A DNA stretch of 64,000 nucleotides from Gnetum montanum (Eukaryota > Plantae > Gnetophyta), in assembly GCA_015680685.1 (NCBI GenBank), contig MNCI01002989.1, positions 455,484 through 519,483 of the forward strand. Reading direction: 5' to 3'. Below, one piece after another: positions 1 through 13,162 of the stretch; position 1 is the stretch's first letter; each line of letters begins with the position of its first letter. Under the pieces are notes generated by a model that was not told the origin of the DNA, did no database searches, and worked only from the letters and a program-made list of their open reading frames with translations. The position numbers and the translations under genes were made by a program.

Positions 1-1351
1 ACCTTCTACTATGCCTTGACCCCACCATGCCACCTTGAATTACTATTTTGCAACCTCTCTTTTGCTATGTCGTTCCTACCACATTCTTATTATTTCCACT
101 ACCATGACATTACAAGAAATGCTTCTTTACAGTTCATATGATCTTGACATCCCTTTGTGCTAGCTACAACTAGTGAGGTACACCTTCATAGTAACAAGCC
201 ATTAATTACATTCAAGTGGCAAAGAATAGAAATCATCATGGCCTCTAGAATCATGGGTCTTCATCATAGCCATGCTTTTAGCATAGTTAGTGTGGCTTAC
301 TACCTTACACTACCTTCGTACTACCACTTCATGCTATTTCATCCTTCCTCCAACACATGCATCATTGTCTCATGTAGCATATGTTTTCATTCATCTATCA
401 TTGCCCATGTGTCATTGCATTCTATTCTATACTCTTCATGCTCTATTGTTCTACGCTATCCTTTACAAGTGTGAACTGCACTAATTTTAGCCATGAATCA
501 TCATTTCACTCTTTAACCTTACCAATCCACTCTATATTCTACTACACACCTCTCCTTTGTTGTGATGTTTTGGTCACATCACTTACATGACAACATCATG
601 TGCTATTTCATCCTTTCTGCATTGCATTCACTGTCATCCCATACAACCTATGCCATTGTTCCTCTATTGCTCCCCATGCAATACTATTTTTTATTCCACA
701 CTCTTCAAGCCCTATCATTCTACACCATCTTGGCAAGGTGGTGCACATTACTACTATAGTAATTTTAGCTATTATTGCCTATGTGCCTTGTCCTCCAACA
801 TTGTCTTTCATATTTGGCATAATTCTTTCCACTTTTGTACATGTTGCTTTTACCAATAACTTTCCCTTTATCATTTTACTGTCATTGAAAATTCCATTTA
901 AAATTTTGGCAATCCAAAATAATAGTAGATATCATTAGCACTATAAAATTATACCTTCAATGGAGCTTTGTGGATACCACAGGTGCTATAAAATCATGTC
1001 ATGCACTAAGCTCCATGGACACTACTAGTGACATAAAATTGTACCTCGCATGGAGCTTTGAAAACACTACTAGCATAATAAAATCTTGACATCTACGAAG
1101 CTCCAATGGATACTATTGTTGCCATAAAATCATTCTTTATAGTTTAATAAACACTACTAGTGCTACCAACCTACCTCCTTGACAAGTTTGAAAACTTGAA
1201 AATTTTATATTAATTAATGGAAAAATTGAAATTTTTTCATAAATTGATGAAAATTTCATACATTTATAAAACAAGTGGTAAAAATAAAATTTGAAAATGG
1301 GGAAAAAATTTCTAAATGGAAATTTAGTGCATTGGTAGCAATTAGGATAAA

Positions 1352-1415
1352 GCTTTCATAATTAAGCATGATCATTCTAGAGTAGTAGGTGGATGGATGA
1401 CCTCTTGGAAAGTCT
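1352..1415 (+). pseudogene. 5S rRNA-derived fragment (box A-IE-box C; about nt 40-105 of 5S)
   Basis: ATTAAGCATG..AGAGTAGTAG.TGGATGGATGACCTCTTGGAAAGTC vs plant 5S GTTAAGCGTGCTTGGGCGAGAGTAGTACTAGGATGGGTGACCTCCTGGGAAGTC. Confidence 0.85.
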
Positions 1416-1539
1416 CACTTGCATGTCCATAGTTTTGGACATTGGTATCCATAACTTTTGGTGCTAGACATATTTTTTAGCAAGTGAGGAGTCATTTTCT
1501 TTAGATTTTAACCTTCCATAAATAAACTTAATTTTAACA

Positions 1540-1632
1540 AGTTAGGGTAGTGAATCGAATCCAAGACCTTCTAATTATGCTTCATATAGCTAACGTCAAC
1601 ATATTCTTCTTCATATAGCTAACCATCAATGT
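1540..1632 (-). pseudogene. tRNA-like module (internally rearranged copy)
   Basis: Minus strand AGGTCTTGGATTCGATTC; the CTTCATATAGCTAAC block is duplicated. Confidence 0.55.
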
Positions 1633-3038
1633 GAATATTTTTCTTCTTAAAAAATTAATATACGTTAATTATATTTCACTCTTTATATTAATAAATAATA
1701 TTCTATTCAAGAAATAAATTTTTTACTTTCATCCTAATCCTTACTATTAGGACCAGCTAGTCACTATGACTAGCTATGTCCCACTAGTCCTACAGCACCA
1801 TGTCAATTTTCTGTCATCTATAATATCCCCACATATTCTCCCAAGCCTTAACCATGTCATGTCATTCTAGTTACTATTTCATTAGCTCTCTTCTACTAGG
1901 TTGTTCCTGTTACACTACTTGACCTTACCACAACCATGCCATTCTAACAATCCCATTTTTGCAATCCTCATGGCCCTTTGATGATCCTCTCTTTCGTAGA
2001 ACCCTCACATCGCTCTATGCAGGTAACCACAGGTATGCTTGGCTTGGTTTCCACATTGTCACTATCGAGATGACTAGCTTGCCATAGGCACAATTGGCCT
2101 TCCCATCCTCCACAATGATAGGTCACTAATTATAGCTAAGTAGCAAATAAGAAAAATCCTTAAAACTACCACAATTGTGATCCTTTTTCATAATTGCATG
2201 TTGCACATAGTTGCAATGGCTTGCCACTTTGCACTACCTTCCCACTACCATTATGTGTTGTTTCATCCTTTCTCCACTACATGCACCATCATCTCAAGTA
2301 GCTTGTGTTACCATTCCTTTAATCCTACTTGTGTACCACTATCCTATATTTACTACTCTTCATACCTTATCATCCTTGCTACTCTTGTTACTACCCTAAA
2401 TTTGACAACACTTCCATGCATGTCCTATCCTATATTACCATTCTTTGAATTTTGTATTATCTTTTCCACTCCCATGCATGCGATTTTTACTGGAAGCTAT
2501 ACTTCTATTACCACCACCTTCATCTAAGTTGTCATAAACATTCCCACAAAAAATCTTGATAGTATAGTAATCATGAATAACATTGGCACTATATATTCCT
2601 ACCTTCTACAAAGCTCTATGGACACTACTAGTGCTAGAATATTATATCTTCTATGAAGGACCATGGATACCATCGATCCCTTAAAATCCTACCTCCCATG
2701 GAGCTCTATGGATATCTCTAGCACTATAAAGTTATACCTCCATGGAGCTCCATGACCATAATCAACATCATAAAATCCTCTCTCTCGTAGAACTCTAATG
2801 AGCATTGTTGACACCATAAACTCCTACCCTTTAAACAACTCTGACCAATACTATCAGCTTACCTTTGTTGTAGGTCTGGTAATGGAAAATTTTTTTGTTA
2901 ATCGAAGGAAAAATTTAAATTTTTTTTCAATCAATGAAAAATTCAAACATGTCAAAAACAAGCAATAAAATGAAATTTGAAAACTTGAAAGAAATATTCA
3001 AAAAGAAAATTTGGTGTGTTAGCATAAGATAGGATAAA

Positions 3039-3101
3039 AATTTTGTAATTAAGCACACTCATCCTAGGGAAGTACTATGACGGATGACCTATCACAAAGT
3101 C
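3039..3101 (+). pseudogene. 5S rRNA-derived fragment
   Basis: Degenerate copy of the unit module: TTAAGC..AGTACTA.GA.GGATGACCT..AAGTC. Confidence 0.75.
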
Positions 3102-3228
3102 TAATTTTTTATGCCTAAATTTTTAGACTATTAAAGACATAACATTTATTTTGGATGCATTTTTCAGCAAATGAATAGTCATTTTCTACAAGTCTCAACC
3201 TCATGTAATAATAAACTTAGTTTTAAAA

Positions 3229-3314
3229 ATTTTGGATTGGGAATCGAACCCTCAACCTCCTAATTATTAACCTTAACATCTTATGCTCCATATAGCTAAT
3301 CATTAAACCTAAGC
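3229..3314 (-). pseudogene. tRNA-like module (B box/T arm)
   Basis: Minus strand GGGTTCGATTCCC is a canonical B box. Confidence 0.65.
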
Positions 3315-4878
3315 TTTTTCTTCTAAAAAATATAATATACTTTAATTATATTTAACTCATTTCAATAATAAAAAAATATAATAATAAATATATTAAAAGA
3401 AAAAATTGAATTTTAGGCTTTGGCACTAATCGATAAGATTAGGGTCAGCCAACTGCTCTAGCTAGACATGAACCATTGGTCATGTGATCCCATGAAATAG
3501 ACTCATGTAGCCTTGTATTATTTCCATATCATCTGCTATTATTGACACACATTCTATAAAGCTATAGCCTCACTGTGCCACTCTAGTCATCATTGTGTTG
3601 CCTCTCTTCCATCACATCATTATTTCCACACCACTTGATCCTATCACTAGTGCATTTTTGCAAAAGTCCTTTTTTGTGATGCAAGTGGTCCTTCCACAGT
3701 CTTGACTCCCTCTTCATTATCACTTCCCTCCATATCTATCATCACTAGAAGGGCTAACCTAGTCATGGCTTAGCCACCATGTTATCACAAAGCATCATGA
3801 AAGGCCACCATTGATAAGGCTAGCTTGCCACAAGCCTCTCTTTCATCAACAAGGATGGCTTATAATGGGTCTTTCTTTATAATGCCTTTCTTTTGCTTTA
3901 CCATTACAACAAATCCTTGTTTGTGGCTCATGCAGTTCTTGCATTATCCTTGCTCCCTCACCATCCTCATGTCTCTCTATACCTACCATGACTAGTAGTG
4001 GTGGAAAGGCTAGCTTGCCACAAGCATGGTTGGCATCATGATCCTTCACCATCCTTTGTAGTAACAGACCATCAACCATGGTCATGGCCCTCCACCATAT
4101 CTACTTTTCTGACATAATCATTATGTTATTTTACCTTGTGCTATGTTTCCACTGCTGTTGTGTACTATTTTATCCTTCTTACAGTGTGTGCACCAACATC
4201 CCACATAGCTCATGCCATTATTCCTTTGCTAATACCTATGCACCACTGTCCTCTATTTGACATTTTTCATGCCTTGTATTCTTGCATCATCATTGCCAAT
4301 GGTTGCACCATACTATTGGATAAATTTTAGACATGCATACATATGCATCGTACTCTCTAGAGTCATTATTTAAGTTTAATACAATTTTTTTCATTACCAT
4401 GCATGTCATTTTTGCCATAGCCTATGCCTCCATCACTACCATATTCACCTTTATTTTCCCTAAAAATCCTAGCAAAAATTTTAGTAGTCCATGGGCATTA
4501 CAAACACCATTGGTACTATAAAATTCTACCTTACATTGATCTCTATGGATACAACTAGCATTGTAAATTCTTGTCTTTAATTGAGCTTTGTGAACACTAT
4601 TAGGGTTATAAATTCCTATGACTCATAGACCTTGAATAGACATCAATGATGCTATAAAATTCTACCTCCCATGAAGCTCTAATGGACACTTATAGCTTTC
4701 CTCTTTAGTAGCTTCAACATCTAGAAATTTTTTCATCAATTGACAGAAAAATTCAAATTTCTTCATAAATTAATGAAAATTTCAAATATGTCATAAACAT
4801 GTGGTAAAATGGAAATTTGAAAATATGGAAAAACATTTTCAAAAGAAAATTTAACACATTGATAGCAACTAGTATAAA

Positions 4879-4941
4879 AGTATTGTAATTAAGCATGCTC
4901 ATCCTACACTAGCAATAGGATGGATGATCTCTTGGGAAGTT
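4879..4941 (+). pseudogene. 5S rRNA-derived fragment
   Basis: TTAAGCATGCT..TAGGATGGATGATCTCTTGGGAAGT. Confidence 0.8.
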
Positions 4942-5079
4942 TCATTCTTAAAAAGTAAGTTTGGCACCTTGGCAATAACTTCAGTAGCCATGAATGTTCA
5001 TTTTGAATGTACTTTTTACAAAACAAAGATTCATTATCTACAAATTTCAACCTCCCATAAAAGAGCTTAATGTTAAGAA

Positions 5080-5160
5080 GTTAAGATTAGGAATTGAACC
5101 TAAGATCTCCTAATTATTAACCTCAATACTTATGCTTCATATAGCTCACCAAAAATGCCA
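5080..5160 (-). pseudogene. tRNA-like module
   Basis: Minus strand TTAATAATTAGGAGATCTTAGGTTCAATTCCTAA, with a paired T stem. Confidence 0.6.
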
Positions 5161-6403
5161 AAATTTTTCTTGTTAATAAGTTAATACAAATTACTTAAAA
5201 TTTAATTATTTTCATTAATTATAAAAAAATAACAAATATATTTAACAAAAAATATTATAGTTTTAGCTTTGGTCCTAATTTGTAGGGTTAAGGCTAATCA
5301 AATGCTAGTAATGCTACCTTATATAATAGCCCTGTGGAGTCCTATGCCATTTTCCTTTCATTTGCCACTCCTCACATGCCTTCTACTAAAGCTTAGAACC
5401 ACCATGCCACTCTAGTCCTTGTTGCTTCACCTCTCTTCTGGCATACCATTCCTTGAGCACTGCTTGATCTTGCTGCTACAATGGTATTTCAATAAAGCCA
5501 TGTTTATCACCCATGTGATCCTTGTATATCCCTTACTTCGTCAATGTTCTCACATCCCTCTATGCCCACCACTACTCATAAGGCTAGCTTGTCTAGAGCA
5601 CAGCCACTACGCTACAATGAGGCATCATAGTAGGCCACTGTTGGTAAGGTTGGCTTATCATGGGCATGGGCAGCCTCACCATCCTCCTCCATCCTCCACA
5701 ATGGAAAGTCACTAATAATGATCAAGAGGCAATAAGAAAAATACTTATGGCCATTATAGTCATGGTCAATAAACACAAATTCCTTTTCCATGCCGTCGAC
5801 ATTACCTTCTACCTTGAGCTACCTTTCTACCTCAGTTGTGTGTTATTTCATCCTTCATATACTATGTCTCCTATGTTTCCATAAAGCTCATGCCATCATT
5901 TATATATGACTACCAGTGCATCATTATTCCATATTTTGCACTCTCCAATCCCTATCATCCTATGGCATCCTTGCTAAGTACTATGCCTTGTTGCTTCACT
6001 GATTTTAATCATGTATACCTATGTGTCCTACCCTTCAACGCTGTCCTTCATATTTTACACCATTTTTTTCACTACCACACATGTTATTTATGTGACCTCC
6101 TTTTCCTTCACCAACATCAAAAACCTTAATGGGAATTTTGGCAATCCATGATGATGAAAAACACCATCAACACCATAAAATCCTACCTCACATAGAGCTT
6201 TAGTGAACACCATTAGCACCATCTACTTGACTTCCTAGCAAGTTTGGCAATGAAAAGTTTTTTTATTAATTGATGGGGAAATTCAAATTTTTTCATCAAT
6301 AAATTAAAATTTCAATGACATTAAAAATGATGGTAAAATTTAAATTTAAAATATAGAAAAATTTTAGAAAGGAAATTTGTTGGATTTGCATCAATTGGAA
6401 TAA

Positions 6404-6467
6404 AACTTCCATAATTAACTATGCTCATCCTATAGTAATACTTAGATTGGTGATCTCTCCTTAAGTC
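6404..6467 (+). pseudogene. 5S rRNA-derived fragment
   Basis: Degenerate, positionally homologous copy. Confidence 0.7.
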
Positions 6468-6594
6468 TTATTTCCTATGGTCAAAGTATTAAACTTCAAA
6501 AGCTATAACTTTTGATCTAGAACATCTTTTTCAGTAAATGAAGATTCATTTTCTATAGATTTCAACCTCTTGTAAAAACTTTTAATGCTAAAAA

Positions 6595-6672
6595 TTTAGG
6601 CATAGGAATCAAAGCAAAGACCTTCTAATTATCAACCATAACATCTTATATTTTAAATTGCTAACCACCAGG
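6595..6672 (-). pseudogene. tRNA-like module
   Basis: Degenerate homologous copy. Confidence 0.5.
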
Positions 6673-7037
6673 ATTGTTCTTGTCAATAAATTAATATACT
6701 TTACTTATATTTAACAATTCTAATTAATAAATTAATAATTAATATATTTAAAGAAAAATTTATATTTTTCTCTTTTGTCCTAACCTTAAGGTGAAGGCCA
6801 ATTAGCTATTTTGACTGGCTACATGCTGCTGGCTATGTAGCACTATGCAATAGCACCATGTTATTTTTGTATCATCTACCAATACCTAGACATCTTCTGC
6901 CAAGCCTTGGCCTTACCATGCCACACTAGTCACAGTTGCTCTATCTATATTTTACCATGTCATTCATGTTGCACAACCTGCTACTACTGATGTTGTTCCA
7001 TTGCAGTAAATCCTTGATTGTAGTTTATACCATCCTT

Positions 7038-10000
7038 TGTAGATATGGAAAATCTTGGCCATTGGAAAGCCAAGGATTCTCAACTACAAATAGCCTCAAC
7101 CCTAAATCCCCAAGGACTTTGAGAAAGAATGGGATTCAGGATGCCTTGGATGCTCTAGTGGTCACCTAAGGACTTAGGAGGGTCTAAAATGGGGTTGTAA
7201 AAAATGTAAAAAATTGTAGATTTGAAAACCAAAAATAGATACAAATTACACATAAAATGAAACTATAAATTTTATTAATTAAATAAAGAATGAGTTCATA
7301 AGTGTATACAAAGGTTCACGTAGAAGAGCAAAGGGGGGTTTACTTAGGTGGGGGTTCCAAGTTCGTTGAAGAAGATAGAATTTGCTTCATGATCTAGATG
7401 CTCAACCACTCTTGATGTTGTCAAACCTTCTCTACTATTGCTCAAGATCTACAACATGGGTCACTACTAGGATTGTGAAATGTCAAGGATTTTGTTTGTC
7501 AAAATGCTCCACACTGGAATTTGGAGATCTCAACAGGTCAATGTTGATATCCGAGACACACAAATGCCAAGGTGGGTAACATGGGTAACAAGGTTACAAT
7601 GGTTTTATGCTAGCAGGCCCCAAGAAGCTGCATTTTTGCTAGGAAGTAAGAGCTCTTGAATGTCAAAAATTCCAAATGCTTCAAATGCAAAGTGTGTGGA
7701 ATTGCCAAGAATGTGAAACCTTGAAATGGTGTTGGGTTTTAATTTTATAGGGGTTTGGCCATGATTTGGGCTACAAATTGGTTTGGCCATTAGAGTATTA
7801 TTAATGTTGTACCAAGAATACTCTAGCATCTTCCTCATGTTCAGAAGATAACATGCACCAATGGTGTCATTTGTTTCCACTGGCTCTCCTACTATTCCAG
7901 TCTCTAGATCATTGGTTATGAATCAAGTAACCAACTATGCATAGCCTAGCAGTAGGGTCTCCACTATGACCTTGGCTACCTCGACAAGTATGATCACATC
8001 ATCATACTAAAGTTCTAAAGAGATAGGCAAGGAATTTCCTTGCCCCTAAATGAAACCATAGTAACCCCTTCTCTAGGTTCATGTTAGGAAGAGGGATGTT
8101 GGCCTTAGGCTAGCTGATACAACATAAGATGACCACTAGCTCAACCATGATGAGAACGAGATTTAGCATGACCTTGCAAGGGGAAGACATAAGCATCATT
8201 AGTATCATGTTTAAATGCTTAGAATTTCCTTATGAATTTCATAAAACCTCGTAGTTAAGGATGAAATTAGCCCCTATAAAAACTATAAAGTGTTTGTCAA
8301 AATTTGTTTAGAGATTCGACAACTAGTTTACAACCTTCTTAGCCATTAAAAATTTATAGCCAAGACATCATAGCCAAAATTATGCCTTAGTCCAAACCAC
8401 ACATTAATTTAGAAAAAGCTCTAAAACCTAGAAGAAAATAGCCATAGGAAAAAGATTACTAAAAATAGCAAAAATCTCTATTTCTCATGAAACCAACTTT
8501 AGAACATAGTTTACATCTTTAGGTATTCCAAGGAGTAGGGAAGTTGGCAAGAGAAATCTCTAAGTATGTTAATAACATCCACCTCCAAAGGGTAAATTGC
8601 TACAACTAGAATTAAGCCTAATTAACACAACCATAGTCAAATACTCATAAAATATTTTTCAAAGCTCTAATTTTAGTGATTCCACATTGAAAGGATCATG
8701 AAATCACAAGAATTGGAATCATAGCTAGTAGAAATAGAAAAAAATGACCAATTTTAGATGAACCATAGCCAAATTTGCACAACTATAGCTATCAACATAA
8801 ACCCCATTTCATGTAGGGTTGGTAAAAAATTCACCAAAAATTCTTTTAAGTTCCAAATGGGGTGATTTCACTATCATTTGAAAGTTAAATCAAGCCCTAT
8901 GAACCAAAAATTAACAAAAATTTAAATCCTTTACCTTTTATTCACAAAAAGTTCACAAACTTGGATGAAAATATGAAAAATGGCACAAACTCTAATTACA
9001 CAACCTACTTGAAATAGACATAACTTCATTGTTATGAATCCAATTTATATGAGACCACAAAAAATGTAAAGATTAAACATAATCTTAAATACCCATAACA
9101 TTATATTTTTCCACCATTTAGCCCTTTTTTTAGTGAAAAATCCACAACATTGCTTGATATTTTCATTAAAAAAGCATTTAAAAACCCAAAATTCTTACAA
9201 CCTAAGTTAATTTAGCCATGAATTGAAGTTTAAAAATCCAAAAAATCTTAAACCCACAAAAAAAAACATCAAAATAGGGGATAGGATTTTGTTAGAATTT
9301 AATTTTAGCAAATATATCAGCTTAGATCTAACAAAAACATCTTCACTCAATTTTTTTAGAATAAAAACACACAAAAAACAAGCCTATTTCAAAAGTCAAA
9401 TTTGCCAAAGCTTGAATAGCCAAACAACCTTAGATCCATGTAGAAATAGCCAAACTATGAGGTAGGATTTTTTTCAAAATTCAATGTCATCAAGTCCTTT
9501 TGAGTAGATTTGAAGAAAATGACCTTTTCCTAACTAAAAAGCACAATACAGTTGGGAAACTAGAGAAAGTAGCAAAGAATGACATACCTTGGAGTCAGCA
9601 AGGAGGATGCCTAAATGGTAAGTAGCCTAAGTAGTTGGAAGATGTTCTTAGCTACTTCAATAGTGGCATACATCCTTGGGTTTTTGTTGCTAACTCCATG
9701 ATTCTTCATCATTTTTGTACTAGCATTCAGGAAACTAAAACCTCTATGCTACCTAGGAGAAAGATCTAGTGCTTCCACACTAAGGATTGATGGTGGTTAA
9801 TAGTTGGAATCTCTACTAGAGCTGTAGGAAGTGTGCTATGGTGGAGAATGATAATTTGTGCCTAAAACTTAGTAAAATCAACAATAAAAATTAAACTTAA
9901 ACCCAAATGTTTCCACTCTAAACCCTATTGCCATTTTTGTGGATTAGAACTCAAAGTGCACTAAAGTGCAAGGGGGAAAAGTATTTCCTATGTTATATGG

Positions 10001-11779
10001 ATGGTGGAAAACAAAAGCTTAATTTTAAATTTTTAAATTTTAGGTAATGGGTCCCACCCTACACCCTCATGCATGACTAAAAACTCCATCAATGCTAGGG
10101 TTTTAACCCCTTGGAGCATCCACAACCCTACCACAACCCATCCATCCTTGTATCCATGTTTGGTAGCATGGAGCTAGCAAGGATACCAATTCCTATAGCC
10201 TTACAATGTTTCCACACTAACTCCCTCGCCATTTTGGGTAGTTGTGACCCACCTCATCCAACCCCAAGCTTCAAAAGGGGGCTAGGTCTTCATAAATCTA
10301 GTAATGTTGAGCTTCCACGCTAGGGCAACATTGCCTAACATGGAGCCCAATGTAGACCCAAGGTTGTAACATTCAAACTTACCTCCCAATGCCCATTAAG
10401 CTAAGATCTAACCCCTAGAGTAGGCCCACATGACCTAGAACCCCTCTACTCATTTCTAGTAGCCCTAAAACCTCATCAATCCTATAGTTCAAAGTGCATG
10501 AAACCTTTGGACTTAGCTTTTCCACCTTGGTGAATCATCCCTCCATGCTTCCTAGCATGGCACTAATGTAGAGGCTTAGTGGTTATGACCTAAAATCCTT
10601 CTTCAATTTCTAAGTAATCATAAATTTCACCTTAATAGCCCATATGCTTCCCCATTAGCTTAGGTAGTAGATAGTAGCTAAAGTTTAAGTCGATTTCCAT
10701 CCTTGAATCTTTTCCTCACTAGTGAACCTTCCTCTCAATGTTGGCTAGCATGGAGCCAATCCAAATGCCCTTGGAGTATGTGGTACAACCTTCTCCATAG
10801 CTAAAAATGACCTAATAACCTACCTTAGTGACCTTGAGACCATGTTGGAGTCTCTTAGAGCCTTCAGATGTTACAACACTAGTCAAAAATGGTAAAACAT
10901 CATCACCCCCTCCCTTCCATACTGAGGACATCCTACCTATGAAAAACTGGGGGGATAACTTCATGGCCATCTAGGAGCCTTCAAACCAATCAATTTCAAC
11001 ACTAAATTGTGACCCTCAATCCTCTACAGCCATAGTACCTTTCAAGCCCTATCAAAAATAGCCTAAAACGTGACTCCAAGTTCATCCATGCTAGGGGAGA
11101 ACCATGCTAGCTAGTGTAAAGCTAGCATGGACTGAAATGGGGATGGCCAGAAATCTCAATATTTACCTCCAAATGGAATTCTATTGACAACCCAACCTTC
11201 CTAGAGGCTTTGGAGGTTGAAACTTGATAGAAATGATCATTTTTCATGAGTTTCTTAGTCTCCATGCTAAGCACCCCTCTCTTCCACATTGGCTAGAATG
11301 GATGTAGCTAGGAAGATCCATGGGAGATCATAGGTGCATCAAATACTGTCAAATTTCCTTATACATATCCTACAACCCTATTAGCACTTCCAATAGTTAC
11401 AAGACTTACTTAAAATGATCAAATATGATCAAAAATTAATCTTATAAGGTCTTCCTAGTTGGTTCAATTTTGGTTACATGGAGCTAGTGTGGAATTAAGG
11501 GGGTAAGGTAAAAACCGTTGATAAACCCTTGAAATTGACAAATTTTGATCTTAGGTCTTAACTATTGATGCTTGCAAACTTGGAACTACACATGCATAGT
11601 TAGAATTAATCTAAAATAGCCAAAAATTGATTGCCTCTTCTCTCCTAGTTGGTTCAACACTGACCAACATGAAGCCAATGTGAAGACTACAATGGGAACT
11701 AATTTAGGGCTCATAAACACCTTATAATAACATCAAATGACCTTGCATGCACCTTAGAACTTTGTAAACACCCTCTATT
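7038..11779. mobile_element. Unassigned TE-like insertion, possibly LTR/UTR of a Tat/Ogre-type element
   Basis: The array unit stops abruptly at TGTAGAT (7038); 4.7 kb without a recognisable domain follows, abutting a Tat RT. Confidence 0.4.
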
Positions 11780-13162
11780 GTCTTCAAAACTTAAGAAAGC
11801 AACTCTTAAGGTTGATTTCCCTCTGCCTAATATTAATCAACTTATCGATGCTATGGCTAAACATGTCTTGTTGTCCTTTATGGATGAATTCTTGACATAT
11901 AAACAGATTAGGATTAACCCAAAACATCAACTTAGCATGACCTTCATGACCTATTGGGTTACCTTTTGCTATACTATGATGTCCTTTGGCCTTAAGAATG
12001 TAGAAGTAACCTATTAACAAGCTGTGACCTATATCTTCAACAATTACATTCTAGGTTATCTCAATGATCACATATACGATATAGCCACTAAGTCCAAAGT
12101 GGCTAATGACCATGTTAATGACCTAGATCTTATGCTTAAATGATTCCTCAAGTACAAGCTTAGGTTTAATCTCAAGAAGTGTGTCTTCAGTGTCAAGACT
12201 AGTAAGATGGTAGGCTTTGTAGTATTTGGAGTAGGAATACATGTCAATCTTGATAAGGTTAAGGCCATATCCAAATTACCAGCACCTACCAATCTTAAGG
12301 AACTTTATGGATTACAAGGTAGATTATAATTTATTCTTAGGTTTATTGCTAGACTTACAGATAATTTATAGCCCATCCAATATTTGCTTAAGAAAGGGGT
12401 TCACTACGAATGAATGACTCAATGCCAAGAGGCCTTTAAAAATCTTAAAAGTAAGAGTTAGCACAACTATTGATAATTTATCCTCCATAGGAGGGTAAAT
12501 CATTTTACATCTACCTTGCCAACTTTGACACATCCATTGCCCCTCTACTCTATAAAAAATGTAATGATGGAGTAGAGATGCTAGTATACTGCCATGCATT
12601 AGTTGCCCATGAGATCCAATACATTGAAGTAAAGAAGTATTATCTAGCAGTAGTCTTCTCATTGAAGAAGTGGATACATTACCTCTTCAAGATCCAAGTT
12701 AACATCATTTGCAAAGACAACATACTCAGAGACATAATGATCAACATCTACCAAAGTAATTGCATAGCCTAATGGAAATCCATAACTACAAAATTTGACC
12801 TTTATTACATCTCTCAATTCTTAACTAAAGGTCAAGCTATAGTTGTATAGCTCATGGTATCACCTATTGATGACCAGGCAACCATAGATCTTGAGTTTTC
12901 TAATAAGCACATTAACACTATTAGCAAAGTGCCTAAGGGTTATGATGCAATCATGGACTTTGACGGAGCTTTAACTACCCATGGGGCTAGTGCCACTACC
13001 ATCGTAACATTTTCATCTAGTAAAATTCAACCCTTCACCTATCATTTTGAATTTTCATGCACCAAAAATATAGTGAAGTATAAGTGTTTGATCAAACTGA
13101 TGATGGTAGCTCATGATCTAGGAATTAGATTCTTAGCAATCAAAGGTGATTTCCAACTTGTG
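11780..13162 (+). pseudogene. Ty3/gypsy Tat/Ogre-type pol remnant: RT, RNase H, additional (archaeal-like) RNase H
   Basis: KATLKVDFPLPNINQLID, TFCYTMMSFGLKNV, LNLKKCVF, YIEVKKYYLAVVFSLKK, and aRH MDFDGA..FSCTKNIVKY..KGDFQLV; many stops. Confidence 0.9.

Larger units (their letters stand above)
1..7037 (+). repeat. Macrosatellite block 1 (~1.65 kb unit with 5S-like and tRNA-like modules), about 4 units
   Basis: The same ordered motifs recur; 5S-like AATTAAGC at ~1360, 3047, 4887, 6413 (periods ~1690, 1840, 1530). Confidence 0.93.

Noticed and set aside
940-1165. 45-bp palindromic repeats as a CRISPR array
   Set aside because: Monomers are contiguous and homologous along their whole length, with no unique spacers or cas genes, in a plant TE context.
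1318-1340. GGTGCATTGGTAGC as an inverted copy of the 5S 5' part
   Set aside because: CA/TG variation among units points to an ancestral GGCGCGTTGGC, which removes the resemblance.
1440-1460. TGGTATC as a tRNA-Met PBS making the array a Cassandra tandem
   Set aside because: Present in one unit only; no conserved PBS, PPT or TG..CA termini across units, and the unit is much longer than typical Cassandra.
157-6129. His/Cys/Leu/Ser-rich short ORFs throughout the array
   Set aside because: Compositional artefacts of the C/T-skewed decayed repeat; frames are not conserved between units.
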